From Mobula birostris (taxonomy: Eukaryota), in assembly GCF_030028105.1 (NCBI RefSeq), contig NC_092385.1, positions 81,110,747 to 81,174,746 of the forward strand: DNA of 64,000 nt, in the 5' to 3' direction. Under the pieces are notes generated by a model. That model did no database searches. It was not told the origin of the DNA and saw only the letters and a program-made list of their open reading frames with translations. Positions 10,906 to 25,133 of this stretch are shown here, piece after piece. The position numbers and the translations under genes were made by a program. Each line of letters starts with the position of its first letter. Position 1 is the first letter of the stretch.

Positions 10906-12813
10906 TGCTGGCTTCTTAAGAGTATTTGGAATTTAAAGATGGAAGCTGTCTTTATCTCCAGTTTTCCTTTCTACTGCTCCTATCATTTAAAAAAAAAATA
11001 CACACTGATGTGGTACCACAACTGCTGCAGTTCACAAGTAAGCTGTGGTTGCCTTTTACCTTAAAGATATGAGTTCATTTGGATTTGGCATAATAATAAT
11101 TCTGACAATGGACTCTTAGAATGAAGAACAGCACTGGGAAAGTATAACTTAATATTAATCTGTGACTTTTGTTCTTTATGTCCAGGCATACTTGTATTGG
11201 GAATTGGTTGAGATGATCTTAGGAATTAGTTCAATGAACTATTAGATGATAAATATCAAGTTTAAGATGTGATATGTTAAGAGTAACAAAAATAAAACTA
11301 ACAGATTTCTAGCATTTGTACAATCTCGTGTTTATAACAGATTTGTTTCTAATTTTTCAGACAAGTGTTTATATTTTTTTAGAAACACATTATTCCGTGT
11401 CGCTGACATTCACGAACACTGAAAAGAAATCAATATTAATGTTTTGAGTCTGTGTGATGGAAAGGGTATGTAGCTGAACAATGCCAAGCAAAGATGCTGT
11501 ATAATGATTTTCAATTATTCAAAGGACTGCCTTTTAAATATTCTGATGAAAAACACAGCAGTGAATTGAAATTATGTTTTTTTTTAATTTAGAGATAAAT
11601 AAACAGGCATGGAATAAGCCCTTTTGTCCCAACGAGCCACACCATCAAAAGATCCACATACTTAACCTTAGCTTAATCACAAGACAATTTACAATGACCA
11701 ATTAACTTACTAACCGGTTTGTCTTTGAACTATGAGAGGAGACCAGAGTACCGGGAGGAAACCCACACATTCCTTTCCCTACAAGGTTCATAGGAAAAGA
11801 AAGGTCAAAAGGTGTCATAGCAGTATAATACAATATAACTCTTGTAATGCTGAGTTGCAGGAATACAGTTCCTTTGGATGATACGTGGAAACTAACTGTT
11901 AAGATGTCGGCTGAAAACAAAATATAGATCCACTTATTAAATGTTTTCATCTGTTTGTTTAAGTTCAGCAATCAAGCTACCTTCTCATCACAAGCCTCAC
12001 TTCCTTTTTGTCTCTCAGTGAAAATGCAGAATTTAGTTTAACTATTCAGATTCAATGCAATGTTTTATACAGGTAAAGGCACATGCGAAGGTAAATCTTC
12101 CACAAGATTCAGGTCAATCCTAAATACCTCCGAATGTCACTGGTTTGTGGTCACAATAACCAGGTTTAGGAAATATCTTAGTGCATCTTTTCAAGCACTA
12201 ACATATATTGCGAGGCACTATTGGATATTAAGAATACCAACTATGGTAGGTCTGCACCCTACTAGTGAGTTGCTGGATAGCGGTGGAGCTACAAATGTTG
12301 CGTACCATGTTGTAGCCTGCTTCAGCCACCCAGGGAAGAAATAGTCAGTGACCGTGCACAATCCATAACAGGACAGTGAAGGACATTTTTGTTGAGATTG
12401 CAAGACCCCGTTGGTCATTGTGGTAATGTAGAATACTGCTGGTCTGATTCTTTGGTTCGTTGATAAAACTGATGGGAACTGCATGGCCTTGGTTGTGGCA
12501 TGGACCAGGCCCTCATTTGTGCCTTGGTATTGCCTGTTGCGGCCACCGTGGAAGGAGCTGCTGGAGCTGGCTTCTCCCATCATCACTGCCCCCCAGTGCT
12601 CACTAAGTGGAATTGCGACAAGCCTTTGTCTGCCCTGTGCAATATGAGGAACCGATGAGGGCTGTTTTCGCAGAAACTTGGCACTAGTACAATTTTTAAC
12701 ACTCAATCAACAAAAGACATGTTTTTCTTTTGTTACAAAAAATATTTTTTTAAATTTAAAGACAATTCAGATGTCCGTTAGGATAAGAGAATTAGTTCTA
12801 ATCGTTGGTGTTA

Positions 12814-13510
12814 ACACACACAAACAAACGTACATACAATCACATGCAACACACCGAGACAAAGAAACCCACATGACACATTTCTCCACACACAAACATG
12901 GACACAAATACAGACACACAAAGGAACACACACATTCACATGCAACACACTGCGACACATAGAAACATGCACGCGCGCGCACACACACACGCACACAAAT
13001 GCATGGACACAGACAAATATGCACACACACAATCCCAAAAGCACACAACACCTCGCACACAATCACAGACACAAACACAGAAACAAACATAAAACACACA
13101 CGCACACACATGCACAAACACACACAAATACTCACACACGCAACACAGCAACATAAACACACAAATTCTTACACACACACACAAACACAGTAACATAAAC
13201 ACACAGAAACACACAAACACCTATAGAGAGAAAAATGCAGACACACACAGGCACAGATGCAAACATTGACATATACAGTCACATAAGATACTTGCACAAA
13301 CACGCATTCAAAGCACATGCATACACACACTTACACATAAACACAATCACAGATAAACACACACAAACATGCTTATATAGACCAACACAGAAACACAAAC
13401 ACAAAAACATAAACACAAACACACACACACACACACACAGTAAAAAGAAACATGCAAACAAACACACACAAATAAACACACGCTCAGAGAGAAAAATGCT
13501 GACACACACA
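12814..13510. repeat. Degenerate (CA)n-rich simple repeat
   Basis: ~700 bp of interrupted CA/ACAA units; produces spurious Cys/Val and His/Thr ORFs. Confidence 0.95.
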
Positions 13511-14252
13511 AAAGGAATGGATTAAGACAAAATTTAGAGATTTTATATTTTAAAATTGCAGTTGTTTAATCTTCTAAAGTTTACTTCAAGTGCAATATGA
13601 ACTACTTATGTAATGTCCTATAGTTACGTCTTCAAATCTTTGAGTTTCTTGTGTGCAGCACCTTTTCTGCACAAAATCCCATTGGAAATCTCAAGTAACA
13701 AGCAAGGTTGCACTACCAACCTATACCAGAGGTAACAGCAACTCAACACCACTGCATTTCACTCAATTCACTGCAGTTAGTGTAAAGAAAAATTCAGTGG
13801 CGTATCATGACTAACGTAAACGTTAATGTTATGTAATAAGTCATTAATATTCAAACAATGCCTGCACAAGAAAATTAATCTTGGTTTATCACAGTTGACT
13901 TAAACAATTAAAATCCTCCCATTTACTGATCGCCTATGGTTTGTTACATTAGGCACTGTAGAGATACAGAAGTGTAGTCACACAAGGTAATTGATGATTC
14001 CAGTCATTGGCAGCAGCACACTAACTGATATGTGCACAAGAGAACAGTAAAGAACATTTTGTACAGACAGAGTATTACTTTAAGTGTATGTCAGTCAATA
14101 TTGCAGATAGATTTAAAAGATCTCTTTCACCATTTCAAAAATGGCATGTGTGTCCTGATTAATGTTTCTCCTTTAACCAACACCAAAAACCAATTAAATC
14201 GCACCATCAATGACTGTGTTTCCAATATTCACCTATATACCATCAAAACATT

Positions 14253-14896
14253 TCAAGTCCAAGTCACTTTTTATTGTCATTTCAACCATAACTGCTGGTA
14301 CAGAACTTAATAAAAACGAGACAACATTTTCCAGGACCATGCTGCTACATGAAACAATACAAAAACTACACTGAACTACGTAAGAAAAAACACAAAGACT
14401 ACACTAGACTACAGACCTACCCAGGACTGCATAAAGTGCACAGAAAAGTGCAGGCACTACAATAAATAATAAACAAGACAATAGGCACAGTAGAGGGCAG
14501 TAGGTTGGTGTCAGTCCAGGCTCTGGGTATTGAGGAGTCTGATGGCTTGGGGGAAGAAACTGTTACATAGTCTGGTTGTGAGAGCCCGAATGCTTCGGTG
14601 CCTTTGGCCAGATGGCAGGAGGGAGAAGAGTTTATATGGGGGGGTGCGTGGGGTCCTTCATAATGCTGTTTGCTTTGCGGATGCAGCGTGTGGTGTAAAT
14701 GTCTGTGATGGCAGGAAGAGAGACCCCGATGATCTCAGTTGACCTCACTATCCGCTGCAGGGTCTTGCAATCCGAGATGGTGCAATTTCCAAACCAGGCC
14801 GTGATGCAGTTGCTCAGGATACTCTCAATACATCCTCTGTAGAATGTGGTGAGGATGGGGGTGGGGGGGGTTTGGAGATGGACTTTTCTCAGCCTG
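14253..14896 (-). mobile_element. Rex/Babar-type LINE 3' fragment
   Basis: TFYRGCIESILSNCITAWFGNC motif on the minus strand; same family as 62425-64000. Confidence 0.85.
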
Positions 14897-15777
14897 GTAA
14901 TAGTAACATAACTATTGGATAAAAAAAAAATCCTTAGAAAATTAATGTAGCTAAGCTTGATAGCCAACTAACAGATGATTTTCTGAAAAGTGCAAAGAGT
15001 ATTTGAACCTCTTTTTTGTTAACAAGGCATTTGTTAAATGCTAACTTGGATTCTATGAAATGTCATTTATATCAAATAAGGAAGGCATTAATGATATCTA
15101 ATCTAGCTCTCCCATTACCACATCTAGTACATGGGTACCTCCCCAAATTTGATGAGACTTTTTCAGTAAATGAATGTGTTGTAGAATCAGAGACAACAAT
15201 ATCTTTTTTTTAACCTTTTAAACAAATATTACTAGCTTTAGTTTGGCTGTCAAACATTCCGGTAACTAAGTACAGAAACCATACCAAATCTGCATACTTC
15301 TTACCTTAAGACTATCATAAATAATCAAGTACCTTAATAATTATTATTGAAAAACTTTATTAAACACAATGAACATCTCATACAAAAATGAGCAAGGTTG
15401 TCTACAAATTAATATGCAGGTAGTTGCTGAGAATAGGGTTATTAAATATGGGAGCTCTGCTTTTAAATATAGTGGACATAAAAACAGTTGTAAACCAGTC
15501 ACTGAAAAAGTCAGAATTTCACACGATCAGTCATGTTATATTAGTAGACATTCAATCATGTAGGTTTTCATGGCTTTCAAATAATTTATCTTTTGGAGGC
15601 CCGAAAACGGAAGTGCTTCACAATTTTATCAATAAAATTTGAAAACTTGTGTTAATGTAACTTGAAGAATACAGTACCAGCTGAAGTGGTATTACACCAC
15701 TACCAATTCCTAACAACAGCACAGAACAAGTTGAAACATGCTTTAGTTACATATATGCAGATAATCATAAAGACCTA

Positions 15778-16266
15778 GATGGACGTGGAAGCATTGGAAA
15801 GGGTACAGAGCAGATTTACCAGGATGCTGCCTAGTTCAGAGAGTATGCATTATGATCAGAGATGAAGGGAGCTAGGGCTTTACTATTTGGCGAGAAGGAA
15901 GATGAGAGGAGACATGATAGAGGTGTACAAGATAATAAGAGGAATAGATAGAGTGGACAGCCAGTGCCTCTTCCCCAGGGCACCACTGCTCAAGACAAGA
16001 GGACATAGCTTTAAGGTAAGGGGTGGGAAGTTCAAGGGGCATATTAGAGGAAGGTTTTTTACTCAGAGTGTGGTTGGTACGTGGAATGCACTGCCTGAGT
16101 CAGTGGTGGAGGCAGATACACTAGTGAAGTTTAAGAGACTACTAGACAGGTATATGGGGGAATTTAAGGTGGGGGCTTATATGGGAGGCAGGGTTTGGGG
16201 GTTGGCACAACATTGTGGGCCGAAGAGCCTGTACTGTGCTGTACTATTCTACGTTCTATGTTCTAT
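15778..16266 (+). mobile_element. CR1 LINE 3' end
   Basis: RGDMIEVYKIIRGIDRVD...TRGHSFK...FFTQSVV; (GTTCTAT)n tail. Confidence 0.9.
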
Positions 16267-17469
16267 CCCAAGGTGTGGACTTTCACTTAGATACAACAGC
16301 CCCTCTGATGCACTGCCATTCAGCATGAACCTTGGACTTACTAGTCTTTCTAGTTGCTATGAAATGATCACTAGCCTAAATAAATTTGAGAAAGGAAGCA
16401 GTTTTTCGTTGTAAACCTGAGATAGCATTGAAGCATTGAGAATGGCTGTCCTGGTTCTCTGTATTTGTTTGTTATATTTCAGGGCAACTTACATTTCAAG
16501 GAAATGTTTATTGTTTGGTTACAGAAAACATTTAAACATTTCTACAACCCCTCCAAATGAAGAACATTATAGAAATGAGTAAGAAACAAACCTAATCTAA
16601 ACCTAGAAATTTTATCTTTACATGCTTCCCCAATATCTAAAGGATAATGGAGCACCTCAACCCAACAAAAATAAAATTAAACTAAGAATAAAAATACAAA
16701 ATGAATCTTGTTACTTTGCAGTGAAAATGTATTTTAAGTTCAAACAGATATTACATTTGCATCAATACTGAATTATTTGTTTTAAACATTATAGCTTGGA
16801 TGAACGACATATCACATTATTAGTCGACTGAGGCATGAAAGATTGTGATGGTACACATTCAATATGGGGCACATGTACATAGATCCAAGAGAAAGGTGTG
16901 TCCTAATTTGGATGCAAGGAAATAGTTTCCCAAACATATGAGTGAATATTTAAAAGTGCGGGATGTCAGCAAGGGAGTTTATGTGCAGCTGAAAGAACAT
17001 GGCCTGTCGATTAAAGATCACAATTTTAGATATTGCTAAGTTTAGTCCTTTTGTAGGGTGAAAAAAATCATTGCAGTTTGCTTTTGGATATGGTCCTCAT
17101 AATCTAGTCAAATAGCAAAAGGAAAATATTTGGAAGCCACTTTTCAATCAGCTCCATTTTACTTGGGATATTGACTTAAATTCTCACTAAGAATAGATTT
17201 CACGTCACATGCCGGTGATAATAAACCCGATTCTGATTCTGAATATAAGGCAGTGACCTTAAAATGCTTTCCAGCAACCACCCTGGGCTGTAATCAAAAT
17301 AATTTATGATAGGGAGCCAAAAAGAAACCCACGACTGGTAAAGCTGAGGCTAATGGAAATATAAATGGAATTTGCTTGACTCTGTTGTGGTTAATGCTGC
17401 AATTATACAAGGTAGACATGATATTAGTAGTAAGTACTCATGCAATATCATAAACATAATAGATATTTG

Positions 17470-18420
17470 AGTATTTGGAAACACATGGCCTAATTAGGGA
17501 GAGCCAGCAGGGATTTGTACATGGCAGGTCATGAGAGAGATTGATGAGGGAAGGGCAGTGGATATTGTCTACATAGACCTTCGTAAGGCATTTTTCAAAG
17601 TCCCTCATAGGAGGCTAATCCAGAAGATTAAGATGCATGGAATCTGTGGCGAATTGGCTGTTTGGATTTCGAACTGGCTTGCACATAGAAGAGAGAGGGA
17701 AGTGGTTGAAGGGACATATTCGAGCTGAGGGTCTGTAGTTAGTGGAGCTTTGCAGAGATCTGTGCTGAGATCTCTGCTGTAGTAATATATACAAAGGACC
17801 GGATGAAAATGTAGATAGTGGGTTAGTAAATTTGCAGATGATACCAAGATTGGTGGAGTTGTGGATAGTGCAGAAGACTGGCAAAGAATACAGCGTGATA
17901 TAAATCAGTTGCAGCCATGGGCTAAGAAATGGGAGATGGTGTTTAACCCAGATAAATGTGAGCTGTTGTACCTCAACAGAGCAAATACAAGGAAACAGTA
18001 CACTGTTAAGAGCAAGATCCTTAACAATGCTGCTGAGCAGAGATCCAAATTCATAGTTTCTTGAAAGCAGCCACACAGTTCCATTAAGGTGGTTAAGGCG
18101 GCTTATGGAATGCTTGCTTTTATTAGTCCAGGCATTGAGTTCAAAGGTTTGGAGGTTTTGTTGCAACTTTATACTCGAAACTGTGTTGAGGCTTTGGAGA
18201 GGGTGCAGAACAGGTTTACTAGGATGCTGCCTGGTTTAGAAGGCATGTGCTAGAGGCTTTTAAGAGACATTTGGATAGGCACATGTGTGTATGGAAGATG
18301 GAGGGATTATGGACATGGCGTAGGTAGGAGGGATTAGTGATTGAGTATTTTTGATTTGCTTTTTAGCTTGTTCAGCACAACATTGTGGGCTAAATGGCCT
18401 GCTCCTGTGCAGTACTCTTA
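17470..18420 (+). mobile_element. Degenerate CR1 LINE RT and 3' fragment
   Basis: AVDIVYIDLRKAF.KVPH, KFADDTKIG and WAKKWEMVFNPDKC remnants with stops and deletions. Confidence 0.85.
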
Positions 18421-20949
18421 TACCACTTGAGTAAATATTGGATCTTCTTAACCTCACAAAAATTATATGTCAGATGTTTGTTATGTATGAAACCATGAAT
18501 TCAAAAGAACAAAGAATCATAATACAAAAAGTTTTCTAGAAGCACTTTGTTAAATATATAACAGAGATACATTTAACTATTTCCCCCTCAACTCCAGAAT
18601 TTTTGGGATGCTTTTAGATTTAGCTGCAAATCACACACATTTTTACTGTCCATGTTTGAAAGTCAGTAATTCTGAATTTGTAAAAAAAGTTCTGCAACAG
18701 AAAGATAATTGTCAGAAATGCCTTTCCTGTTATTTATAAAGCATACAAATCATTATTATACCATGCCAGGTAACAGCCTTTAAATTGTTTGTTTTTAAAA
18801 ATCTAATTAACATATACCAGAATATTAAACCTATTAAAGAAATAGTCATAAAACACTAGCAGTAAAAATCAATTTCACTAAAAGTCTTTTGTTCCCAAAA
18901 CCTCAAGGACACATTTATCCGTTTTTCATGTTGCTTGTTAATTTTTGTTACACCTAATATATTGCTACTTTCATCTAAAGTTCTGCGACAAAGGAGAACA
19001 AAGTAGAAGTAAAATTTATGCAGCAATTATACAAGGTACAACTAGTTATTTACACAATGATTACACAACAGTGATAAAATTACACGGCCTCCCAAAAATG
19101 CTCTATTTCTCCAAAATCTGTACTGAGTACACATAAAAGGATGATTCTGGAATGTTAATAAACAAAATAATTTTGGAAATATTCAACAGAAGAAACCATA
19201 CCTATGGCACAAATAGTTTACACTTCAAGTTAATGACCTTTCACTTGAATGAAAGTTATTGGAATGCTAATACACTACTGCAAATATAGTTAACAAAACA
19301 AAGATATCTGCCTGTTGACATTCATGTTTCATGATGTCTTAGAAGAACCTGTTCAGTCTAACAAGTCCACACCAAACAACACTGCTTGCTCCAGTGGCTT
19401 GTGTTAAGAGTGCAGTCAGGTACAGCACAGAGTCAAAATTCAGATGTAGATGGGATGTGCAGAGGCATGATTTCCAATATCTTTCCAATGGCCTGGAAGG
19501 AGATGGAAATGAACAGCAAATGGACTGGGCTCCAACTCTGAAGTTGTTAAGCAGTTGTCAAATTTGAGCCTTTAAATAAAAGTGAAGGGCCACCAAGTGC
19601 ACTTCAAAAGCCATAAAACTGTAAGCCAGTTTCATCAAGAAAGGAACCAAGAACAAAAAAAAACACGGTAAAGTATGGGCAACATCTGCGACTAACATCA
19701 GAAACTGTTGCTTGCTGCCGCTTATGTGCGGAAGGGAGGGGAGCTGGGGGGGGGGGGGGAACCTCAGGGTTCTTACGTTTAACTGCCGTTCATTCTTTGG
19801 GGCACTCCTCTGTTTTCATGGGTATTTGTGAAGAAAATGCATTTCAGGATCTATATTGTATACATTTCTCTGACATTAAATTGGACCTTTGAACCTTTGA
19901 ATGCAGATGCGCAAACATCCATTTATTGGATGGTTTTATCTGAGGCATACCAAAATTTCTATCAGGGAGCAGACCAGGTACAAGTTAACATTAAACTTTA
20001 CAAGAATGTTGAATGCGTATGCAAAATTAGCCTGGGAAACAAGTGGAACACTTCAATATGATTCAGAAAAACTTATGATTTGATAAATAGATAGGGCACG
20101 AAGTCTTAATCCTAGGCAATTTCAAATGCATTGCACATTTGGGAAAAAAGACTTAAAATAACCTTAAGTTGAGTCAAAAAAAATAAGGTAAAAAAAACAA
20201 ATCGTTAATTTGCTTTTGCTTTTCTGAATTGTTGATATAGAATTCCTTGGCAAAAACCAAATCTTCACTTGTAAACTTTAAAGGTGCTTTGTTAAGTCAT
20301 GGCGTGCACCAAACATTTATCCATGTCCATCAGTGCCAAATGCCCACGTCGATCAGGATTGATGGATTGTAATTAGAAAAGTACATTTTGCTGAATAAGG
20401 ACTTAACTGCATCAGCTAAACTACACAGATAGAAATGTGAGGGATAGGGGTAATCAGTTTCCTTTTTACTTGATCTTGCACAAATGGGTATTTTTGTGCG
20501 TCAGAAGAAATATACATTTTAAAATCAGTCAACCTGAAATAGTATTTCAAAACACTGAAGGTTATACTTCAAAACCAAGAAAAAAAGTAATAAAATATCA
20601 AACCAGCTCAATATTCCCCATTCACACTACCAGTTTGTGATTAACTGTGTGCTAATCTTTAACTATAAAATACAACATTACAGGAACAGAAAAATCAAAG
20701 TGTTGAATGATTGCAGTGGAGGTAATGAAAATGCATGTGTAGCTTTGACTTCTGATTCACATTCTTAGTTGGCATTTATTTCAATTTCAGCAGTTTACTC
20801 AGAAGGATCTGAGCACTGATAATATTTCACGTTGAAAACTTTAAATATATTAATCTTGTTTTCTTTTTGGCAGGACATAAAATAGCCAACAGAAGACTAC
20901 CAGTATGTATGTCAAAAGGGAATCACTAATTTTCCGTGACAGGAGAAAA

Positions 20950-20966
20950 ACTGAAGATGTTGGGAG

Positions 20967-20999
<33 letters not shown>

Positions 21000-21420
21000 A
21001 CCCCTAGGCAGAATCTATGGAAAAGAGTAAACAGTTGACATTTCTGGCTGAGGCCCTTCATCAGGACTGGAGAAAAAAAGATGACAGGTCAGTGTAAGAA
21101 GATGGTGGGGGGGCGGGGGGGGAGAGAGAGAGGAGGACGGAAGGTAGTAGTACAAGGTAGTAGGTGATGGGTGGAACCGGGAGAGGGGGAGGGGTGAAGT
21201 AAGGAGTTGAGGGCTAAGTCAATTGGTGAAAGAGATAAAGGGTTGGAGAAGGGGGAATCTGATAGGAGAGAACAGAAGGCCATGGAGGAAAGGGAGGGGA
21301 GAAGCAACAGAGTGAGGTAAGAGAAGGAAATGGGAAATGGAGAATGGTAAGGGACGGGGGGGGGGAATTATCAGAAGTTCAAGAAATTGATGTTCATGCC
21401 ATTAGGTTGAAGGCTACCCA
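20950..21420 (-). mobile_element. Old Penelope-like terminal (pLTR) fragment with (CA)n and a decayed hammerhead motif
   Basis: Reverse strand cctgatgaagggcctcagccagaaatgtc at ~21036-21065; ends in the GIY-YIG C-terminal coding remnant (gttcatgccattaggttgaaggctaccc). Confidence 0.7.
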
Positions 21421-21579
21421 GTTCCTGGGTGATAATATGGAAAAAAATGATGAAATGCCAGTACTTAGTCACAAGATGAACATTAAGTATAGTGCACTTA
21501 ATTCTGACCTACAAGAACTGCAAAATAAAATGCTTCAATTACCCAAAGAACCACCCTTATCCACATGAGAATAGTAATT

Positions 21580-21585
21580 TTTATT
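21580..21585 (-). terminator. Candidate EMC3 polyadenylation signal
   Basis: AATAAA on the minus strand ~335 nt past the EMC3 stop; not verified. Confidence 0.35.
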
Positions 21586-21918
21586 TTCCCCCCATAATTC
21601 TTTTAACAAAAAAGTAATCCAATACATTTGGTCATAGACACCTTACACTTCTACGTAACTTTTACTTTTATGAATGAACAGAGAGAGACAATTCCTGACA
21701 TATTGCAAGAAAATATACAATCTATTCTCGTCTAGTATCTTTACACTGATGGCTTTCAAATTCACAGTAAAATCTCACATTAGTGGTTTGTGTAACTTGC
21801 AGCTTTACCAGACATTTCTAATGCTTTCAAGTGAATTTTTAAGACAAGGAGAAATATCTGTCTTACTACAAACCAAGTTATGGTAGAAGTTTAATCTGGG
21901 GTCCCTGGTTAAGGTGCC

Positions 21919-22047
21919 TTAAAACATTGATGTGTCTATTTCCTTGTTGAACATTCCTTCAAAATTGAGATCCTTGGCCATAAGTTCTTCTTCCACTTCC
22001 TCCAAGGCCCACTGATGATCCAGGATTTCCAATGCTTCCCATTCAGC
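21919..22047 (-). CDS. EMC3: EMC3 exon 8 (terminal)
   Basis: [42 protein letters not shown]; AG acceptor; 129 nt. Confidence 0.96.
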   Translation of the reverse strand, partial: AEWEALEILDHQWALEEVEEELMAKDLNFEGMFNKEIDTSMF

Positions 22048-22704
22048 CTTTAGAATAAAAATACAAAACCAAGAAAAGGTATATTTTTCTACCTTTTAGT
22101 TTTGAACTACTAAATAGATAACTTATTCCCATTACTCCCCCTTCTATTTTAATCCTACTCTTAAGCATACTACTAAATTCCTAGTATATCATTAGGCCAT
22201 TTTTCATACAAATTCATATTAATCAGTGCTGATAAGGTGCTTGAAAATGGAGGATATTATAATTCACTACAACCTTGTTGTCATTTACCTCTGCATAGAT
22301 CTTCAGCAGAAATGATTCGGACCTTAATCAGTATTAGGAACCTCAGAATCGGGAACTTTGTGGCTGAACAGATTCTCTTAATAGGGGCAGAGCCAAGATC
22401 AAGTATCTTTGCATTGATCAGACCATGGCCAGAAAATGTTAACCATGAGGAAACTGGGTTGGTTTACTGGTAATGCAGGCTGAGGCATATAGAATTGAAA
22501 AGAAACAGAAGTTAGGAATAGCCGCCACCTTTTGCAAGAAGTTAAAAACAAGGGTTAACGACAAGTAGTGAAGGAAATTTAGGAACCACTGAGATGGTGG
22601 AAGTTAGTCATTACGTTTAAAAATATTTGAGTTCAATGCCAGATGGACCATGCAAGTGCTGGATAGCTATACCTCAGTCTGAATAGACAAAGTAGAGCAG
22701 AACA

Positions 22705-23226
22705 TCCTCCTTTCTTGCCACAATGGAGGCCACTCTCAGGTTGGAGCAAAACCTCATATTCCGTCTGGGTAGCCTCCAACCTTATGGCATGAACATCAAT
22801 TTCTCTAACTTCCAGTAATTTCTCCCCCTCATCTTTTTCCCTCCCCATTCTGGATCCCCTCTTGCCCCTTTCTCTTCTCCCCACCTATCAATCGCCTCCC
22901 TCTGTCCCTTTCTCTCATGGTTCACTCTCTTATCAGATTACTTCTATTTTTAGCCCTTTACTTTTTTCACTCATCACCTACCAGCTTCTCAATTCAATCC
23001 CACCACCCCCCATCCATTTGCCTTTCCTCCTCACTTAGCTTCACTTATCACCTGGCAGCTTGTACTCCCCCCCCCCCCACCACCACTTATCTTCTTATTC
23101 TTGCTTTCCACCCTTTCCTAGCCAGTCCGAATGAAGGATCTTGACCCAAAACATCAACTGTTTATTCCTCTCCTTAGATGCTGCTGACCTACGGACTTCC
23201 TCCACATTTTGTGTGTGTGTTGCTGA
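22705..23226 (+). mobile_element. Old Penelope-like 3'/pLTR fragment
   Basis: cctcatattccgtctgggtagcctccaac...atgaacatcaatttctctaacttcc (GIY-YIG C-terminus), pyrimidine-rich UTR, decayed hammerhead at ~23124-23160. Confidence 0.75.
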
Positions 23227-23480
23227 ACGAAACAGCACCCTGTGATGGATTTGAACTTGAAGTCAATAACTTTGTTTCCAATTATCAATTGCACTTAGAG
23301 GATTTTCACAGTCATAATGTTCTAGTTATAAAAAAGGGCTAAAATCTTTGCCTTTACAATCTCCTATTTAAGTATTCCCTCGCATGACCCTAACAATTCC
23401 CAGAGAAGTTCCAATTTTTTAATTCCATTTTTCCCTCAGCAGATTATGGCAAATTAGAGTCACTACAGCGGAACATTTTG

Positions 23481-24700
23481 GGCAGCCAACGAGTTCTCTG
23501 AAGCTGCGAGATATCATCGGTAGCCCCTGTGTCGGGTGGCAAGGCCTCGGTTCAGTTCACTTCCAGCAGTGGGGAAACGCAAGCATAAGGAACAGGCGAG
23601 ACGTGGTACAGGCAGAAGTACAAACCCGTGAGGAAGAGAAGCGCATTTCAAAGGCAGTGGAACAAGGGTCCCAGGGTGCCTGGTCAAAATGGGATCACCT
23701 GAGCACAAGATCTCATGGGCAGAGTTATGGAGACTGGTGCCCTTCCGTATTTCCTTCCTCTTGCGATCCGTGTATGACACCCTTCCTTCACCATTACATC
23801 TGTGCACATGGGGGATGAGAGAGGACCCGAACTGTAAGCTCTGTGGTCAAAAGGGGACACTGGCTCATATATCGCCTGGGTGTAAAACAGCTCTAACTCA
23901 AGGACAGTATAGGTGGTGCCATGAGAAGGTGCTTCTGGCTCTTGCCGACACACTAGAGCGGGAGAGATGCAAGAAGAGGACGGCTGGCACAGATTTGAGA
24001 AAGGCCATCACCTTCATCAAAGAGGGAGCCAGGCCTTTCGTAACCAAACAACCAAAGCCCAATCTACTGCTAACGGCCAGGTCCTGGGAGATGAGGGTCG
24101 ATGTGGGAAGGAAGCTGCAGTTCTCGGATGTGGTGCACACGACCCTACGCCCGAACATTGTACTGTGGTCAACTGAAGACAGGAAGATAATTCTGGTTGA
24201 GCTGACTGTGCCGTGGGAGGAGGGATGGGAAGAGGCCCACGAGAGTAAGGCCTTGAAGTACCAGCCCTTAGCGCAGGAATGCAAAGACAAGGGACGGCAG
24301 GCATGGTTGTTCCCTGTGGAGATCGGCTGCAGAGGTTTCCCAGCCAAATCAGCATGGTGGTTGTTGTCAGCTCCGGGCCTGGACAGAAGGAGCGAAAAAC
24401 AGGCAGCTCGTAGGATGGGGGAAGAGGCAGAATGAGCCTCTTGTTGGATTTGGAGTAGGCGAGAGGAGGGGAGCTGGAAGCCAGGAGCAGGTGGGCAGTG
24501 ATTTGGCCACCACTGCCGGCCCAGCAACTGGAGAGTGTCATGGTTAAGGGTCGAAACACTCGGTGAAGGTTGGGAACCACCTGATGACATCTGCTCCTGG
24601 CTGAAGGCTACGGTTACCTTATAATGTATCTGGAGAATGCACCCTAACAGGTGTATGTAACAAGCAAACAAGTGAATATACTCTATATACACTCTCTCAA
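23481..24700 (+). mobile_element. Hero-like non-LTR retrotransposon (restriction-like endonuclease class), 5'-truncated
   Basis: ORF 23689-24435: SFLLRSVYDTLPSP, CCHC knuckle CKLC..HI..GC, YRWCHEKVL (RHD-like), LRPNIVLWS...IILVELTVPWE...KY...FPVEIGCRGF. Confidence 0.85.
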
Positions 24701-25010
24701 CAAGGACTTCAGTTCATTCTTGTTCTAATATTCATTTGTATAGATCTGGCAACAAACCCCTTATTCCCTACTCAAAAACAGTTATAATGTCCTAAATATG
24801 AAGCTTTGCATTTTATGAATAAAAATTATAGAACATTTTTTATCTACAAAATACCATGAATTTCATGAACAAAATTACTGCTAACTTTGACTTTATTATC
24901 CAAATTAAGTGTCTACTAGAGCTTACTATAAAATGCTGTAATGTGCAAGACAACTAATGTTATACCAGAAGGCTAGAACAGGATATTTCTATATTTATAT
25001 GGTATAACTA

Positions 25011-25133
<123 letters not shown>

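Noticed and set aside
12520-12580. Frameshifted VAATV-KELLELA resemblance to a CIDE-N domain (CIDEC is nearby in human)
   Set aside because: Too short, needs an assumed frameshift, and no flanking CIDE-N motifs were found.
12767-13525. Cys/Val-rich or His/Thr-rich proteins
   Set aside because: Translation artefacts of a degenerate CA repeat.
23898-24692. 264-aa and 187-aa minus-strand ORFs
   Set aside because: Antisense shadows of the Hero-like ORF.
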